Positions 1-12,940 of a DNA stretch of 64,000 bases are shown here, in pieces. The DNA lies in NCBI RefSeq assembly GCF_006345805.1, contig NC_042999.1:141918001-141982000 (forward strand). Reading direction: 5' to 3'. Each line of letters opens with the position of its first letter. Within the stretch, counting starts at the first letter, position 1. The position numbers and the translations under genes were made by a program. The DNA is from Octopus sinensis. Its lineage: Eukaryota. The notes beneath the pieces are model-generated. The model ran no database searches, was not told where the DNA came from, and worked only from the letters and a program-made list of their open reading frames with translations.

Positions 1-702
1 GCTCCAACTCTTCGACTTGGTCGTGATCGTGCAAAGGATTTCCAAGCTGGTTCAGTCCGAGGTAAGACAAAACGCAAAAGAAAATTGGATTCCAGCTCTG
101 ATGATACACTGTTTGCTCTGTCTGTTTGCAATTCTGAATTGCAACAAAGATGTCAATCCCTCACAAATGTTGGATCTGAATCTTACCGAAAAGCAGTTCA
201 CAAATTTCTTGAAACAAAAGAAGTTATGGATTTATTAATGCTACCAGATGAAGTTTTTTCAAGTCAACCTCCTTGTGAGCCAATTCGGGGAGAAATTTAC
301 CTCATGAAAATAGATCCTTCACAGGAATCCAGTGACTGGACTAAAGATGGCTACTCTTGGTTAAGTTTAGGATCGAATGATTTAATCTTGAATCAGAGCC
401 CTGCTCTGCGTCAAAGTACTTTTCGAATGTTAGTTAATGAGATTGAAACTTGTCTGCTAAAACATGTTTATCGTTCTTTTAATAATAACCAAAAAGTTGT
501 CATTCATTATGTTACTGATGAAAGACTTAGTAACAGTAAGTCTTATCCACATTCTATGGACATCACTGGAACTTCATCAGTACCACAAACCCATTTAGGA
601 ATTACTCAGTATTACCACCAGCTAGTGGAAGATTGTAATGTTGACAGTCAGAAATCATCTGAGGCTCTCTGGGAGATGGCCCCCACCAACAAGGAGAAAT
701 CT
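1..702 (+). CDS. Coding exon (5' end outside window) encoding a basic KTKRKRK patch and a CG-1-like DNA-binding domain
   Basis: Frame 1 is open from base 1 to the GTAAGT donor at 703 (phase 0). Motif order PPxxPxxGEIYL...DWTKDGYSW...KHVY...VVIHY resembles the CAMTA CG-1 domain (P..G...RKDGYxW...R.Y.L...VLVHY). No downstream partner exon recognised before 11 kb. Confidence 0.7.
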
Positions 703-1022
703 GTAAGTTAATGATACTTTTTCTTTCTTTTTTTTTTACCGATATTAGATCATATTACCTTATATTCTGGATTTTTATGTTAAGCTCTACATTCAGCCTG
801 CTATACCAAGGTTTATTGAAGATCATTATTTTATTACTCTAATATCTACTTTTTTTCCATACTGGTATGCATTCAATAAGTCTCTAGTATTCCTCATCAC
901 CATTTTTGTCTTTATCCTGCATCATTTTATCTGTGAAGTTCATTAACTTTCTCATACCTGGCCTCACTACTTCTTTCTGTTTTCTTCGATCTGCTCATCA
1001 CACATCTTCCACTATCTGTTGC

Positions 1023-3038
1023 TTTGCCGTAGTCAGTACCGCTTGTGGTACCAGTGCCGGTGGCACACAAGAATCCATCCGAACGTGGCCGTAGTCAGTA
1101 CCGCATCACTGGCCATCGTGCTGTGGGCACATAACAAACACCATCCGGTCGTGGCCGTTCGCCAGCCTCATCTAGCACCTGTGTCGGTGGCACATAAAAA
1201 CACTTTCCGAAGACCCGGCAAGACTAGTCAGGCCATAAACCATGGCCCCTACCTGGGACGTAGTCAGTCCACTGTGCATACCTTCCTCCTTGTGATACTT
1301 GTGAAGGCCTGTTGAGGCAAGTGAAAATCAAATCAAAATCAAAATCAATCAAAACAAATCAAAATAGATGAACATCAATGGAATTTGTATCTTTGTGGTA
1401 CAGTGCCGGTGGCACACAAGAGAAAACCATCCGAAAGTGGCCGTAGCCAGTACCGCATCGACTGGCCTCCGTTCTGTGGGCACATGACAAACACCATCCG
1501 ATCGTGGCCGTTCGCCAGCCTCATCTGGCACCTGTGTCGGTGGCACATAAAAACACCATCCGAAGACCCGGCAAGACTAGTCAGGCCATAACCCATGGCC
1601 CCTACCTGGGACGTAGTCAGTCCACCTGTGCATACCTTCCTTCTTGTGACACTTGTGAAGACCTGTTGAGGCAAGTGAAAATCAAATCAAAACAAATCAA
1701 AATAGATGAACATCAATGGAATCTGTATCTTTGTGGTACCAGTGCCGGTGGCACACACTTTGTGGTACCAGTGCCGGTGGCACACATGAGAACCATCCAG
1801 TGCCGGTGGCACACACTTTGTGGTACCAGTGCCGGTGGCACACATGAGAACCATCCGAACGTGGCCGTAGCCAGTTCCGCATCGACCGGCCTCCGTGCTG
1901 TGGGCACGTAACAAACACCATCCGATCATGGCCGTTCGCCAGCCTCATCTGGCACCTGTGTCGGTGGCACATAAAAACACCTTCCGAAGACCCGGCAAGA
2001 CTAGTCAGTCCACTGTGCATACCTTCCTTCCTTCTTGTGACACTTGTGAAGACCGGTTGAGGCAAGTGAAAATCAAATCAAATCAAATCAAAATAGACAA
2101 AATAGATGAACATCAATGGAATTTGTATCTTGTGGTACCAGTGCCTGTGGCACACAAGAATCCATCAGTGCCGTAGTCAGTGCGGTGGGCACATGACAAA
2201 CACCATCCGATCGTGGCCGTTCGCCAGCCTCATCTAGCACCTGTGTCGGTGGCACATAAAAACACCATCCGAAGACCCGGCAAGACTAGTCAGGCCATAA
2301 CCCATGGCCCCTACCTGGGACGTAGTCAGTCCACCTGTGCATACCTTCCTTCTTGTGACACTTGTGAAGACCTGTTGAGGCAAGTGAAAATCAAAATCAA
2401 ATCAAATCAAAACAAATCAAAATAGATGAACATCAATGGAATTTGTATCTTTGTGGTACCAGTGCCGGTGGCACGTGGCACATAAGAAAACCATCCGAAC
2501 GTGGCCGTAGCCAGTACCGCATCGACTGGCCTCCGTGCTGTGGGCACGTAACAAGCACCATCCGATCGTGGCCGTTTGCCAGCCTCATCTGGCACCTGTG
2601 TCGGTGGCACATAAAAAACACCATCCGAGCGTGGCCGTCTGCCAGCTCGTCTGGCACCTGTGTCGGTGGCACATAAAAAACACCATCCGAGCGTGGCCGT
2701 CTGCCAGCCTCGTCTGGCACTGTGTCGGTGGCACATAAAAACACCATCCGAGCGTGGCCGTCTGCCAGCCTCGTCTGGCACCTGTGTCGGTGGCACATAA
2801 AAACACCATCCGAGCGTGGCCGTTTGTCAGCCTCGTCTGGCACCTGTGTCGGTGGCACATAAAATCACCCACTACACTCTCGGAGTGGTTGGCGTTAGGA
2901 AGTGCATCCAGCTGTAGAAACACTGCCAGATCTGACTGGACTGGTGCAGCTTTCGGGCTCCCCAGACCCCAGTTGAACCGTCCAACCCATGCTAGCATGG
3001 AAAGCGGACGTTAAATGATGATGATGATGATGATGATT
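1023..3038 (+). mobile_element. Non-autonomous retroposon with internally amplified tandem repeats and an RTE-type 3' tail
   Basis: Marker AATAGATGAACATCAATGG recurs at 1363, 1701, 2101 and 2421. A ~60-bp subrepeat occurs about 5 times at ~2560-2860. Ends in CCAACCCATGCTAGCATGGAAAGCGGACGTTAAA(TGA)n, the same tail as the RTE copies elsewhere in the window. Confidence 0.75.
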
Positions 3039-3314
3039 ACCTGTTTATATCAGTACATCTGCTTCTCCTGCATACATTAGCTAACACCTTTAAATCTTAG
3101 CCAACAACAACAGTAATATCAATTATCATCATTGCTACAGACATGAGCAACACTTATTAATATGACGTCAGTCCTTATCTTCATGAGAACCAGTAATAAT
3201 TGAGCCACTAGAATATTAATCTTTCTATCAAATGGTCAACTTTTCACACTTAACTCTCAACCAGTAGAAAGTTCAATACCTCAGTCTAGCACCTATTTCT
3301 ATTCATAATTCTTG

Positions 3315-3637
3315 TAAAAAGCACCATTTGAGCATGATCGTTACCTGCATCGCCTTACTGGCACTTGTGATGCTGTTGCCAGTGCCGCTGGACTGGCTCC
3401 TATGCAGGTGGCACATAAAAAGCACCATTTGAGCGTGGTCGTTGCCAGTACTGCCTGACTGGCACGTTAAAGCACCCACTACACTCTCGGAGTGGTTGGC
3501 ATTAGGAAGGGCATCCAGCTGTAGAAATTCTGCCAGATCAGATTGGAGCCTGGTGCAGCCATCTGGTTCGCCAGACCTCGGTCAAATCGTCCAACCCATG
3601 CTAGCATGGAAGTGGACGTTAAATGATAATGATGATG
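3315..3637 (+). mobile_element. Short copy of the RTE-tail retroposon family
   Basis: Same 3' block (AGCACCCACTACACTCTCGGAGTGGTTGGC...CCAACCCATGCTAGCATGG...TGATAATGATGATG). Confidence 0.7.
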
Positions 3638-3895
3638 CAATCTAATTAATAAATCATCATTACTATCATTATCACATATTTACCTTAATAATGATTGCAA
3701 AATCTTCCCTGCAAAAATTCCTGTTATCTGGAGTAGATGCCACATCTCAGTACACCTAACATATACATGGATAATATACATAACAAAGATGGGTCAGTCA
3801 TAAATAAACAATGATGTAAATATCTCAGAGGAACTCATAAAACATTATGCATTAAGTGAATGATGGAAAATCTTCGTCTTGATACACTACTAAAC

Positions 3896-5490
3896 CATCA
3901 TCATCATCATTTAACGTCAGTTTTCATGCTGGGTTGGACGGTTTGACTGAGATCTGAAGAGCCAGCAGCTGCACCAGGCACTAATCTGATCTGGCAAAGC
4001 TTCTACAGCTGGATGCCCTTCCTAACGCCAACCACTCTGAGAGTGTAGTGGGTGCTTTTTACGTGCTACCAGCACAGGAACCAGTCAAGTGGGCAACAAT
4101 CACATTCGGATAGTGCTTTTTATGTGCCACCGGCACTGGGGCCAGTCAGTGGGTACTGGCATCGGCAACATTCGGATGGTGCTTTTTACATGCCACCAGC
4201 ATGGGAGCCAGACAGGGGGCACTGGCCACAGCTATGATATTGGTTTCACTTGACCCAACAGGTCTTCTCAAGCATATCATATTGCATGACGCATCAGGGG
4301 TACTCTTAACTGAGCCGGACATGTATGGCTGCAATCTCACTTTAGTTGTCGGGTCTACACAATCACTGTATGTCTCCAAAAGTCTTGGTCTCCTGTCATT
4401 GCCTCTGTGAGGCCCAATGTTCAAAGGTCATGCTTTACCACCTCATCCCATGTCTTCCTGGGTCTACCTCTTGCAAGGGTTCCTTCCACAGTTAGGGAGT
4501 GGCACTTCCTCATGCAGCTGTCCTCATCCATATGTAACACATGACCATACCAGCACAGTCATCTCCCTGCATACCACATTTGATGCTTCTTATGCCCAAC
4601 TTTTCTCTGAGGGTGCTTACACTTTGTTGTGTATGCACATTGACATTACACATCCTGTGGATCATACTAACTTAATTTCTTTCAAGCCTACACATGTCCT
4701 CAGCAGTCACGGCCCATGTTTCACTGCCGTGTATCATGGTAGTTTGCACACATGCATCATACAGTCTACCATTCATCCTGAGCGAGAGGCCCTTAGTTGC
4801 CAGCAGAGGTAGGAGCTCCCTGAACTTTCCCCAGGCTATTCTTATTCTAGCCACTAAACTCTCAGAGCAACCACCCCCACTGCAGACTTGGTTGCCTAGG
4901 TAGTGGTAGCTATTAACTACTTCTAGTTTTTCCCACTGGCTGTGATGGAATCTGTTTTCTGTACATCTTCAGTGTTTACTGCTCCTGTGCATCTGCCACA
5001 CACAAAAACTATTTTCCCGGTTAACTTTCCTTTGATATTGCTGCACCTTTTATGTGTCCATAGCTTACACTGGATACATTGTATGGAGTTTCTACCCACA
5101 CCTTTTCTAGAGATCGAGCAGGGCCATATACCTGAAGGGGATTGTGGTTTGACAACCTTCCTACTTACTAATACTTTGGATTTTACTAGGTTGATCCTAA
5201 GGCCCTTCAATTCTAGACCTTGCTTCCACACCCTAAACTTCATCTCTAGTTTTGGCAGTTTCTCAGCTATTAGGGCAAGGTCATCAGCATAGAGAAGCTC
5301 CCAGGGGCAGTCTGTCTTGAATTCCTGTTATTGCCTGGAGGGCTATAATGAATAAGAGGGGACTGAAAACTGATCTTTGGTGAACCCCTACTTCTATTCA
5401 GAAGTCTTCACTGTACTCATTGCCAACCCTCACCTCACTGACAGCATCCCAGTACAGGGCTTGTAGAGCTCTTACCAATCACTCTATAAC
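3896..5490 (-). mobile_element. 5'-truncated RTE-clade LINE (degraded RT C-terminal part plus 3' tail)
   Basis: Minus-strand ORF fragments: KGLRINLVKSKV, CSI..KGVGRNSIQC..CKLWTHKRC, ARIRIAWGKFRELLPLL, MIHGSETW. (ATC)n tail at 3896. Confidence 0.9.
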
Positions 5491-6369
5491 CATGAAAGAT
5501 AATATCCTCACAGCATTGTAGGCTAATAAACATAAAAAAGAAGAAAAGAAAGCAGCTGTACACTGAATCTCTTTTTATCACTTAATCGGTGAACTGTACT
5601 TCTATTCAGTATGTGACTGCAGCTGAATGAATTGAACTTTTGATAGTTTATTGTCTTTGTCAGAGATACAACTCACTCCAGGTATATATATATAAACTAT
5701 CAACTTTTCTGAGCTAAGAGCTGTAAACTATTGAGTCTTTCAATTATATTTTATAGAAATGTAACACATATATCCATGAGATTTTTATACTTCTAAAATA
5801 TACTCGTTAGTCCTTTTTTCTTCTGCTTTTGTCAAAATATAAATATTCAGAGCTGTATGGAAATTATTGTTAACTCTACCTTTAATTTTTCCTCAGTCTG
5901 TATTGTGATGTTCATATCTTTCCATATATATGTTGATCTCTTCTTATTTGAATTTTTTTTCTGGATTATAGCTTTTCTTTAAGATTAACTGGTGCTCAAA
6001 AGGTATCCTGCTTTCCTATAGTAGATTTGGCCTGAAAGTAGGATGAACCACTCTTTAGTGTTCTTTTTCGTAATCTCATTTCTCCCTTGAATACATTTAA
6101 AACTGGAATATTTTATACTATTCTAGAATATAGCCTATCAACCAGCAATTTGAACAAAATTAGTCTAAGAGATTAAAATAAATAGGATCAACATAGTATT
6201 TTAAATTTACATAGAAAAGGTCGTCCTAGAGTAAATAGAACTAATATCTTGTGAATTGGAAAGAAACAGACAATAATAGTAATTAGACAAGAGTTCAGAG
6301 AACAAGAAACCATGCTCTTCTTCCCAGTACTGATGGGACAAATAAACATGAAGATTTCAGTTTGAGATT

Positions 6370-6900
6370 ATATATAAAACATAAAAGAATATGCAAAATG
6401 GTAGACCTGTTTTTATGTTTCAAATCTCTATATTGAAAATGATTGAGTTGTCTTACCAAAGTTCAGTATCAAGGATGGGGAGTCTATTGTTGGGGTGCCT
6501 ATTGGATTAATCTATAGTTACCTTGATACTTTAGTGGATGGAGTTAGCTACTTGCTGGATGCTCTCATTTACATTCCTCTCAGTTTCTACATTACCATTA
6601 CTAGAGTTGGTCTTAACTATGATATTAATGTCATTTACATACCTACTGTAGAGTAGAAGAGTTGTGGACTGTTCTGCTAAGGATTGCTAAAGTTTTCAGT
6701 CCCACAAGGTCATGAAGAGGCTGGCCACATCTTCAGCTACACCAACATCAATGGCTGCACCTTGAACCTGTATATATAGTTTCTTGTTAAACTTTACTAT
6801 GTGGTTCTTCAAGGTGGTTCTTACACTGGCCCCTATGCATGCACACAAACAAAAAGAATGCAGCTTCAATAATGGACAGAGTTAACAACTATTGAAAAGG
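6370..6900 (-). mobile_element. Penelope-like element RT remnant
   Basis: Hand translation of the minus strand gives TLKNHIVKFNKKLYIQVQGAAI...ASLFMTLWD, LYSRYVNDINII (YVDD-like, ~6629-6644) and NRLPILDTELW, with stops and frameshifts. Confidence 0.7.
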
Positions 6901-6991
6901 TTGCAAGACGCATCAAAAATTTTAGAATAAGTGGGTGCTTTTTACATGCCACCGGCACAGGTGCCAGGGGAGGCTGGCAACGGCCACAATC

Positions 6992-7445
6992 GTCTTGGTT
7001 TTGGACGACTGTTGCTGTAATTTAACCCCAGGAGACATAGTCTCCAGCTGGCTACATGACACGATCTGTGTCCTTGTATTTTCTAACAAGGGAATCTAGC
7101 AGCCCCACTCGGCTCAAAATAATATCTGTGTATCGCAATTCCTGGGTTATTTCTCTTCATCAGCACAGAATAATCGTTCGACTAGAGGTGGCGCTGCCAA
7201 ATTCCCATTCGAAAACTATATATTTTGAACGGGAATTTGGCAGTGCCACCTCTAACCGAACAATTATTCTGTGCTGATGAAGGAAAATAACCCGGAAATC
7301 GCGATACACAGATATTGTTATGAGCTTAGTGGGGATGCTGGATTCCCTTGTTTCAAAATATAAGGACACAGATTGTGTCATATAGCCAGCTAGAGACGAT
7401 GTCTCCTGGGGCTAAATTACAGCAACAGTCGTCCTAAACCAGGAC
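6992..7445. repeat. ~450-bp near-perfect palindrome (arms ~220 bp) with a hammerhead-like motif in each arm
   Basis: Left arm GTCTTGGTTTTGGACGACTGTTGCTGTAATTT... is the reverse complement of right arm ...AAATTACAGCAACAGTCGTCCTAAACCAGGAC; centre at ~7218. Confidence 0.9.
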
Positions 7446-8601
7446 TGCCATATTATGTTGGCAAACAATCTTTACTACAAAGTACTGTTGCTGAATATCT
7501 CATGTTGTGAGATTTAAAAATAGTAATTTTCTAATCCAGCTAACTGTTTACATTTAGCTTGTTTAAACTTTTCATATTTATGAAAAATAAAATGCAAACA
7601 TTTCATTTTTCATCTCTTTCTGCATAAAGAACTGCTAGCTAAATGTGCTAAATATATTTAAAAACAAATGATTGACAGTGTATAAAAACACAGATAGGTT
7701 GACTAAGCATTATTAAAGCCATATGGAAAATTATATTTGAATGTAGTATTTTAATTTAAATTGTTAGTAGTCATCATCATTTTACATCAGCTTTCCATGC
7801 TGAATTGAATTGGATGGTCCAATACAATCCAACAAGTTAATAGATTGAGTTGTGCTCCAGGCAATGATGTAGCTTATAGGGAAACAACCCTCCCAGCACA
7901 GTTTTCAAAATTGATGACTTTTTTATGTGCCCACTCTCACTAACATTAGGACCTGGCTATGCCCTTTGCTCCAGTGTCTCAATTTTGGCACAGTTTCTAC
8001 TGCTGGATGCCCTACCTAACACCAACCAATTTAAATAGTGTACTAAGTAATTTTTTCATAGTACCACCACTAGCGAGATTTGCAATGTGCCAGTGTAAAG
8101 AGACCCCATGAGTAAAAGGGGAATAGGAAAAAGAGATTGATTTTTAAGTAAGGTGATGAGAGTAAAGCAGAATAGGAGGAATAGACTTATTGTTGTGAGA
8201 GGGTGTTATCGGCACTAGTAACTTGTAAGACAAAAAAGAAAAAGGAAAAGGAGTGTACTTGAGAGAGAGAGGGAGATGGCTACAGGTCACTCTTAGTCTT
8301 ACAAGCTGGGTAGATATGCTTTGTTGTGGAGGTCTAATATGGCTACAACATGTCCCTTGCTTTTCATCAGTTTGCTTCAAGACCAATTCTGCTCCCCCAC
8401 TGCATTTCTACATTTTCCAAACACTTCAATTGATTTTATTAAAGTTTTATCAAAGCTTATGGTTTTTAAGCTTTTACAAGAGAACTTTGCAATTGTAACA
8501 GAAAATGTGGTGCATCAAACAATATAAGTGAGACAGAGTAGAGTTGAAATTTCCAAGCTATAAGGAACTATTGTAGTTATAGTTATAAAAAATGGAGAGT
8601 A

Positions 8602-9435
8602 TGAGGTGCATTCAAAAAGTATCTGACTTCATTTTTTCCCACTGAAAATAATGCAGTGTGGGCAAAATCCTTTGTGTGAGAGGTGATGTCACTCTTTCAG
8701 CACATGTTTTCATACTGGTAGGCCATGTTAGTTCCCGGCTGTTACACCTAGAATACAGATGTGTAGTGGGCACTCGGTGGATTTTCGTTATTGCATCAAG
8801 TTTTGGCAAAAGCTTAATGATACTCAAGTTCAACCCATTCAGAAAATTCAGCAGGCCTTTGCCAATGATGCTATGGGCAAAACTCAGATCAAGGAGTGGT
8901 AATGCATGCTTCAAACATGGCCACACATCAATGGAGAGCAAGGCATGCTCAGGCAGGCCATTCACAAGCTGAAACAAGGAGCTGATTGAGAATATTTGGT
9001 GAATAGTCATGGAAGACTGTCATGTAACAATCCAGGAAATTGTTCATGAAGTGGGAACAAGCACGAGATCAATGCATTTCATTTTAATGAAAGATTTGTG
9101 CATATGGAGAGTGTCTGCACAGTTTATCCCCAAGGTGCTGGCAGAGCAGCAGAGTTGCCTCTGCATGGAAATCACATAGAACATGCTGGACTGTGCAAAC
9201 CATGACCCAGACTTCATGAAGACCATTATCACTGGCGATGAGACATAGGTTTATGGTTTCTGCTCAATGCATTCGGTCATCTTGCATGAAAATGAAAATC
9301 TGACAAGTGCATGCTACACGTCTCTACTCTCGGAATATGCTTGAAGAGTGATGTCACCTCCCACCCAAATGATTCTCCCCATGTGACATTAGTTTTGGCA
9401 GAAAAAATAGTTGGATACATTTTGAATGCACCTCG
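8602..9435 (+). mobile_element. Internally deleted mariner element
   Basis: TIRs TGAGGTGCATTCAAAAAGTATC / GATACATTTTGAATGCACCTCG. + strand remnant DPDFMKTIITGDET*VYG matches the first-D motif of the mariner transposase. Confidence 0.85.
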
Positions 9436-11177
9436 GATGCTTGGAGGTCAGTTATTGAAGGGTTGGTGAAAGCTTCTCTACTTGTTGGATGTTTTTTTGT
9501 GAATACTCCATTTTCTACTTATGAGAACAGTAACTCATTGATGCACACGAGGCAGTGAATAAGCAAAATCATTACAGCATCAGACAAAAGGAGTGGTGGC
9601 ACTTGTTCTGGTTCATTGCATTCTGAGTTCAAAGCAGTGGATTAATAGAATTGTTAGATTTTAGGATAAAATGTTTTACAGTATTTGTTCTAGTTCTTTA
9701 CGTTCTGAGTGCCTAGGAAGGTGTGGCAAGAGGTACCATGTAAAAAAAATTTTTTTTTTAATCCAAAAGAAGGTAACAAGAAAACACCTCTATAATCCCA
9801 CAAAATTTCCATAAGCATATAACGCAAGTCAAAGAAGCCATTATTTGTTTACCGACCTCATCACGTAAGGAAGAAACTTATCTTTTAGGGAGTTACTAAG
9901 CGTTCATGCCTGCAGTATCTTGATACTGGTGCAAGAGAGAAAACAGGGCGGAGGTAAAGCATACATACACAACCCGTTTTCGGCGTAACAAAAACCCTAA
10001 CCCTAAACACCGGTGTACATATTCCTTACTTTAGCCGAAAACAGCTTTTGTAATCAAAACTGGGCGGCTTCCTTAAAAAGTTACGTTATGAAGATTGTCA
10101 GACTTGGTATATAAAGGTTTTAGATGTCTATATACTAGTTAAAAGCGACCTGGGTGTGCTGCACTTTTCAACTATATATATATGTAGCCAGCATATGTTA
10201 CATGCTGGCTACTTGAAATCTTATATAGTTTTTATCCTTGATTTTATATATATATAGTGATCATGTTCTCGTGTTTTGATGCTGTTAAGCAGAGCTAAGT
10301 TATCACATACAGACTGCTGAATGAATATGCAAGTATGCATGTTTGAGATTGATGTGAAGAAAAATCAAGTTTGCCGAGAGAGGTGTGCGATGAAGCAGAG
10401 TGACCATGTCAAAGATGTACAATTCAATAAGAAACATGCATAAAAATGGTTTTCTCTGAACTTTCAAATCAAAATTATATTTCTGTATGCTAAGTAAATT
10501 TAAATTTTAAGCGCTTTTGCAATAACTATCACTACATCATGCGGAAGGAAAAGAGCGAGAAATTGGTGTTTTCTTCCTTTTAAAAATTGCTTTTAGTATT
10601 TTCGTGTTTCACACAACGGAAGTACAATTCTGAAAGCAATATTATCGGAAATTCCGTGCCTTTTTCTTTGTCATGAAGTTAGTGAAAGCTATTCCCAAGC
10701 GCCGTCCAGTTTTTATACAAAAGGATGACATAATCAGATCCATTTGCAAATCAAATTTCCGAATTTATTTTTAAAACTTACGGCGATACGCCAAACTTAC
10801 TGTTGTGGCAAAGAATTTACTCTGAAGAGACCCAGGTAACTTTTCAATTTAGGGAGAAAATATTTCACCAAAACAAATACAACAAAACTTCTGCAAGTTG
10901 TTATTAACGACAACTGTTAGAAGAGTTCTAAACACAAATTATTCCGGAACACAGCAACCGGATGTCTAACAGAATAATAAAGACTAATAAACCTGACACA
11001 CCATCAGTTGATTCACATGCGGATGAATACAATGTTTACGCCAAATGAGTTTCCGTGTGTATTTCACATGTACTGTTAACAGACATGTCTTGTTGTGATA
11101 CCCTCTTCCTGAGAGGTACTCCATAAATTCTCAGTCCTTTCTTTCCTTTTTTTTTTTTTACTTTGCTACCCATAAAT

Positions 11178-11723
11178 ATGCAAAGACTAAATAACACGAC
11201 TGCATATAAAACGTCTTCTGGTAATAAAGTTGCGGGAGGTGAATGTAAAAGAAAAGCTATAACGCTTGAAGAGAAGCTAGATGTAATACAGCGTTTTGAA
11301 CGTAATGAAAGAACATGTGATATTGTTCGTGCAACGGGAATAAAAGAGTCTACTCTACGCACCATTAGAGACAATGCCGAAAAAATTAAAGCTAGCTATA
11401 TTGCTGGAACAAGCCTCAGTGCTTGCAAATCTGTAAGATCGCGACCAAGGGAACTTGAGGAGATGGAGCGGCTTTTATGTTTGTGGTTAGAAGATCAATC
11501 AGAAAAACTATCTGGAACAAGCTTTCTCACTATAAAAGAAAAAGCTTTATCAATTTATGAAGACCTGAAGAAGAAAGCCGAAAACCCGGCAATCGTGCCT
11601 GCTTTTAGTGCTAGTAGTGGCTGGTTTGTTGGTTTTAAGAATCGTTATACTTTTTATAATGTGAGGTGTGGTGGTGAAGTTCTTAATACACACGAGGAAC
11701 GTGCTATGACATTTCGTCCTAAG
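11178..11723 (+). CDS. Unit 1 exon 1: Tigger/pogo-derived HTH_psq + CENP-B HTH DNA-binding domain
   Basis: Intact 182 codons: KRKAITLEEKLDVI...ELEEMERLLCLWL...FSASSGWFVGFKNRY. Donor AAG|GTACTG (phase 0) lies just after the HTH; no DDE domain or TIR recognised. Confidence 0.8.
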
Positions 11724-12253
11724 GTACTGTAACACGTATTTCATTAAGACATGTAAATTAAACATTCGTTCACAAATCACTTTTTCCAATACATAATTTT
11801 TCTTTTTTTATTCTTGCACAAAATCGAGACTATTGCTTTATCTCTGTCCCAAAACCGATAAATATATAATCCTTTGTTTGTTCTTTTTATAGAAGCCAAA
11901 TTTGATCGTTATAAAAGTGTATTGCATTAATAATAATATATAATGCAGTAAGGATTTGTTACTACTGACATTATATTTTAAACCTATTTATGGTAAATAT
12001 TACCTTCTAATATCTCATAGTATTTTGACAAGTTTTCCAAAGTGGTTTATCTCTCTCTCTGTCTCTCTATTTCACCATTTCATGCATCATGCATCATGCT
12101 TTTGTGTTCGCGATACACAACACTCGCAGAGTTGATGTTAGAAAATAAAGAGAAATAACTCATCCTGGAAAAGTTGGCAATATAAAGGGATGTCTAAAAG
12201 TAACAATTTCATAGATTAATATCAAAAGTGACAACGACAATTTTTCTTTTCAG

Positions 12254-12693
12254 CCTCTAGCACACCAACAGCGTTCACCTTTGGCTATTTCTGATTTGAA
12301 TCAACCGGTGGAATTCAGTTCATCTGACCAGTTAAAAGTCAATTCTAACAACGATATACAAAAGGCTATTCAACCTTTCAACATGAATGATGTGCATCTT
12401 TCTAGTCGATCTATCATTGATATTGAACAAACTGGGAGATCTTTCGGAGTAAAACCTCGCATGAAACGGCTTCCTAAATTGAAACGCCAATTTGGATCCG
12501 GAGCTAAAGATTTATCAGTGAACAGATCTCATTTATCTCAGAGGCCATCCAACCAAATTAGATCTCATCAGCGATGGATAAAAGAATCTACTGGTAATTC
12601 TTCTGTTGGAGAGCAGCATTTTGACGTAGTTTTAAATAAAAATTCTGTAGAATACAATTCAAAAGTACCAAAAATTAACAGCAATTCAATAGC
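12254..12693 (+). CDS. Unit 1 exon 2: low-complexity basic linker
   Basis: Acceptor TTTTCTTTTCAG|CCT (phase 0), open frame PLAHQQRSPLAISD...NSIA, donor GC|GTAAGT (phase 2). Confidence 0.8.
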
Positions 12694-12940
12694 GTAAGTG
12701 TCTTAAAAACATTTTTTTTTCTTTCAAAGAGAAATCTACTTTTCGTTTTGTGTGTATAAAATGACAAATTGTTTTATCTTAATGTGTAACATTTCACTTT
12801 TATATAATACAGATGATATTTTCTGTTAGATATATAAACTATCAAATATTTTATTACATAATGTATCAATATTCAGTTTTGATGCATTTTATATTCGAAA
12901 ACATTTCGATTTCATTGATAACAATTTATTTTATTTAAAG

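Noticed and set aside
1019-2998. Many overlapping Cys/His-rich ORFs, and a possible CRISPR-like array
   Set aside because: These are translations of a tandem repeat. Units abut without unique spacers and end in a retroposon tail.
9990-10005. CCCTAACCCTAA telomere-like motif (also at ~24690)
   Set aside because: Only two units; the 24690 copy lies inside a MITE.
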